DNA from: Candidatus Eiseniibacteriota bacterium
Lineage (GTDB): Bacteria; Eisenbacteria; RBG-16-71-46; CAVPCR01
Assembly (NCBI GenBank): GCA_963823555.1
Contig: CAWGMA010000001.1
Location: 2,144,001-2,208,000, forward strand
Length of the DNA stretch: 64,000 nucleotides
Direction: 5' to 3'
Position numbers and translations under genes: made by a program. Below are positions 63,923 to 64,000 of the stretch, one piece after another. Under the pieces are notes generated by a model. It saw only the letters and a program-made list of their open reading frames with translations. It was not told the DNA's origin and did not search any database. Numbering within the stretch: the first letter of the stretch is position 1; each line of letters starts with the position of its first letter.

Positions 63923-64000
63923 CTAGATCGGACCCTGCGCGTCGACCAGCGCGAGTCGCTCGATGCGAGCCGCCGCCACCTGCTCCCGGTCGAGGCCGAA
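63923..64000 (-). CDS. 3' end of an unidentified gene upstream of miaB
   Basis: Open frame FGLDREQVAAARIERLALVDAQGPI* ending 12 nt before the miaB start. Truncated by the window edge. Confidence 0.4.
   Translation of the reverse strand, partial: FGLDREQVAAARIERLALVDAQGPI

Overview
High-GC bacterial chromosomal DNA. I found no rRNA, tRNA, CRISPR array or mobile element. A recurring C-terminal [ST]WG-x-[IV]K motif suggests an uncultured FCB-related lineage such as Ca. Eisenbacteria, but this is inference only. Parts of the window (about 2.5-3.5 kb and 11.3-21.1 kb) carry many single-base indels typical of low-coverage long-read assembly, so several genes are reconstructed across frames. Contents in order: (1) 1.1-14.2 kb, two dikinase-fold proteins, each next to a metabolic enzyme homologue that has lost its catalytic residues (PyrF-like and MaeB-like). 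(2) 15.3-23.3 kb, a minus-strand cluster of a Tes/GDGT-MAS (MJ0619)-family radical SAM enzyme with PlsR-like and PlsA-like genes, a candidate locus for bacterial ether and membrane-spanning tetraether lipids. (3) 24.3-32.5 kb, an anaerobic benzoyl-CoA operon (had, oah, bcrCBAD, SDR, GNAT) lacking dch, followed by an octaheme cytochrome c lipoprotein. (4) Four unrelated secreted proteins sharing a short C-terminal motif, a candidate sorting signal. (5) 43.2-53.5 kb, a second lipid cluster (fatty acyl-CoA reductase, acyltransferase, HAD-IB, STT3-like GT-C protein lacking WWDYG, Zn dehydrogenase, LarA-like protein, DAG kinase) resembling a split Elb-type ether-lipid pathway. (6) Two tandem SARP/BTAD-STAND-TPR regulators with degenerate cyclase domains, an SDR and miaB. 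All calls come from motif recognition by eye; no searches were run.
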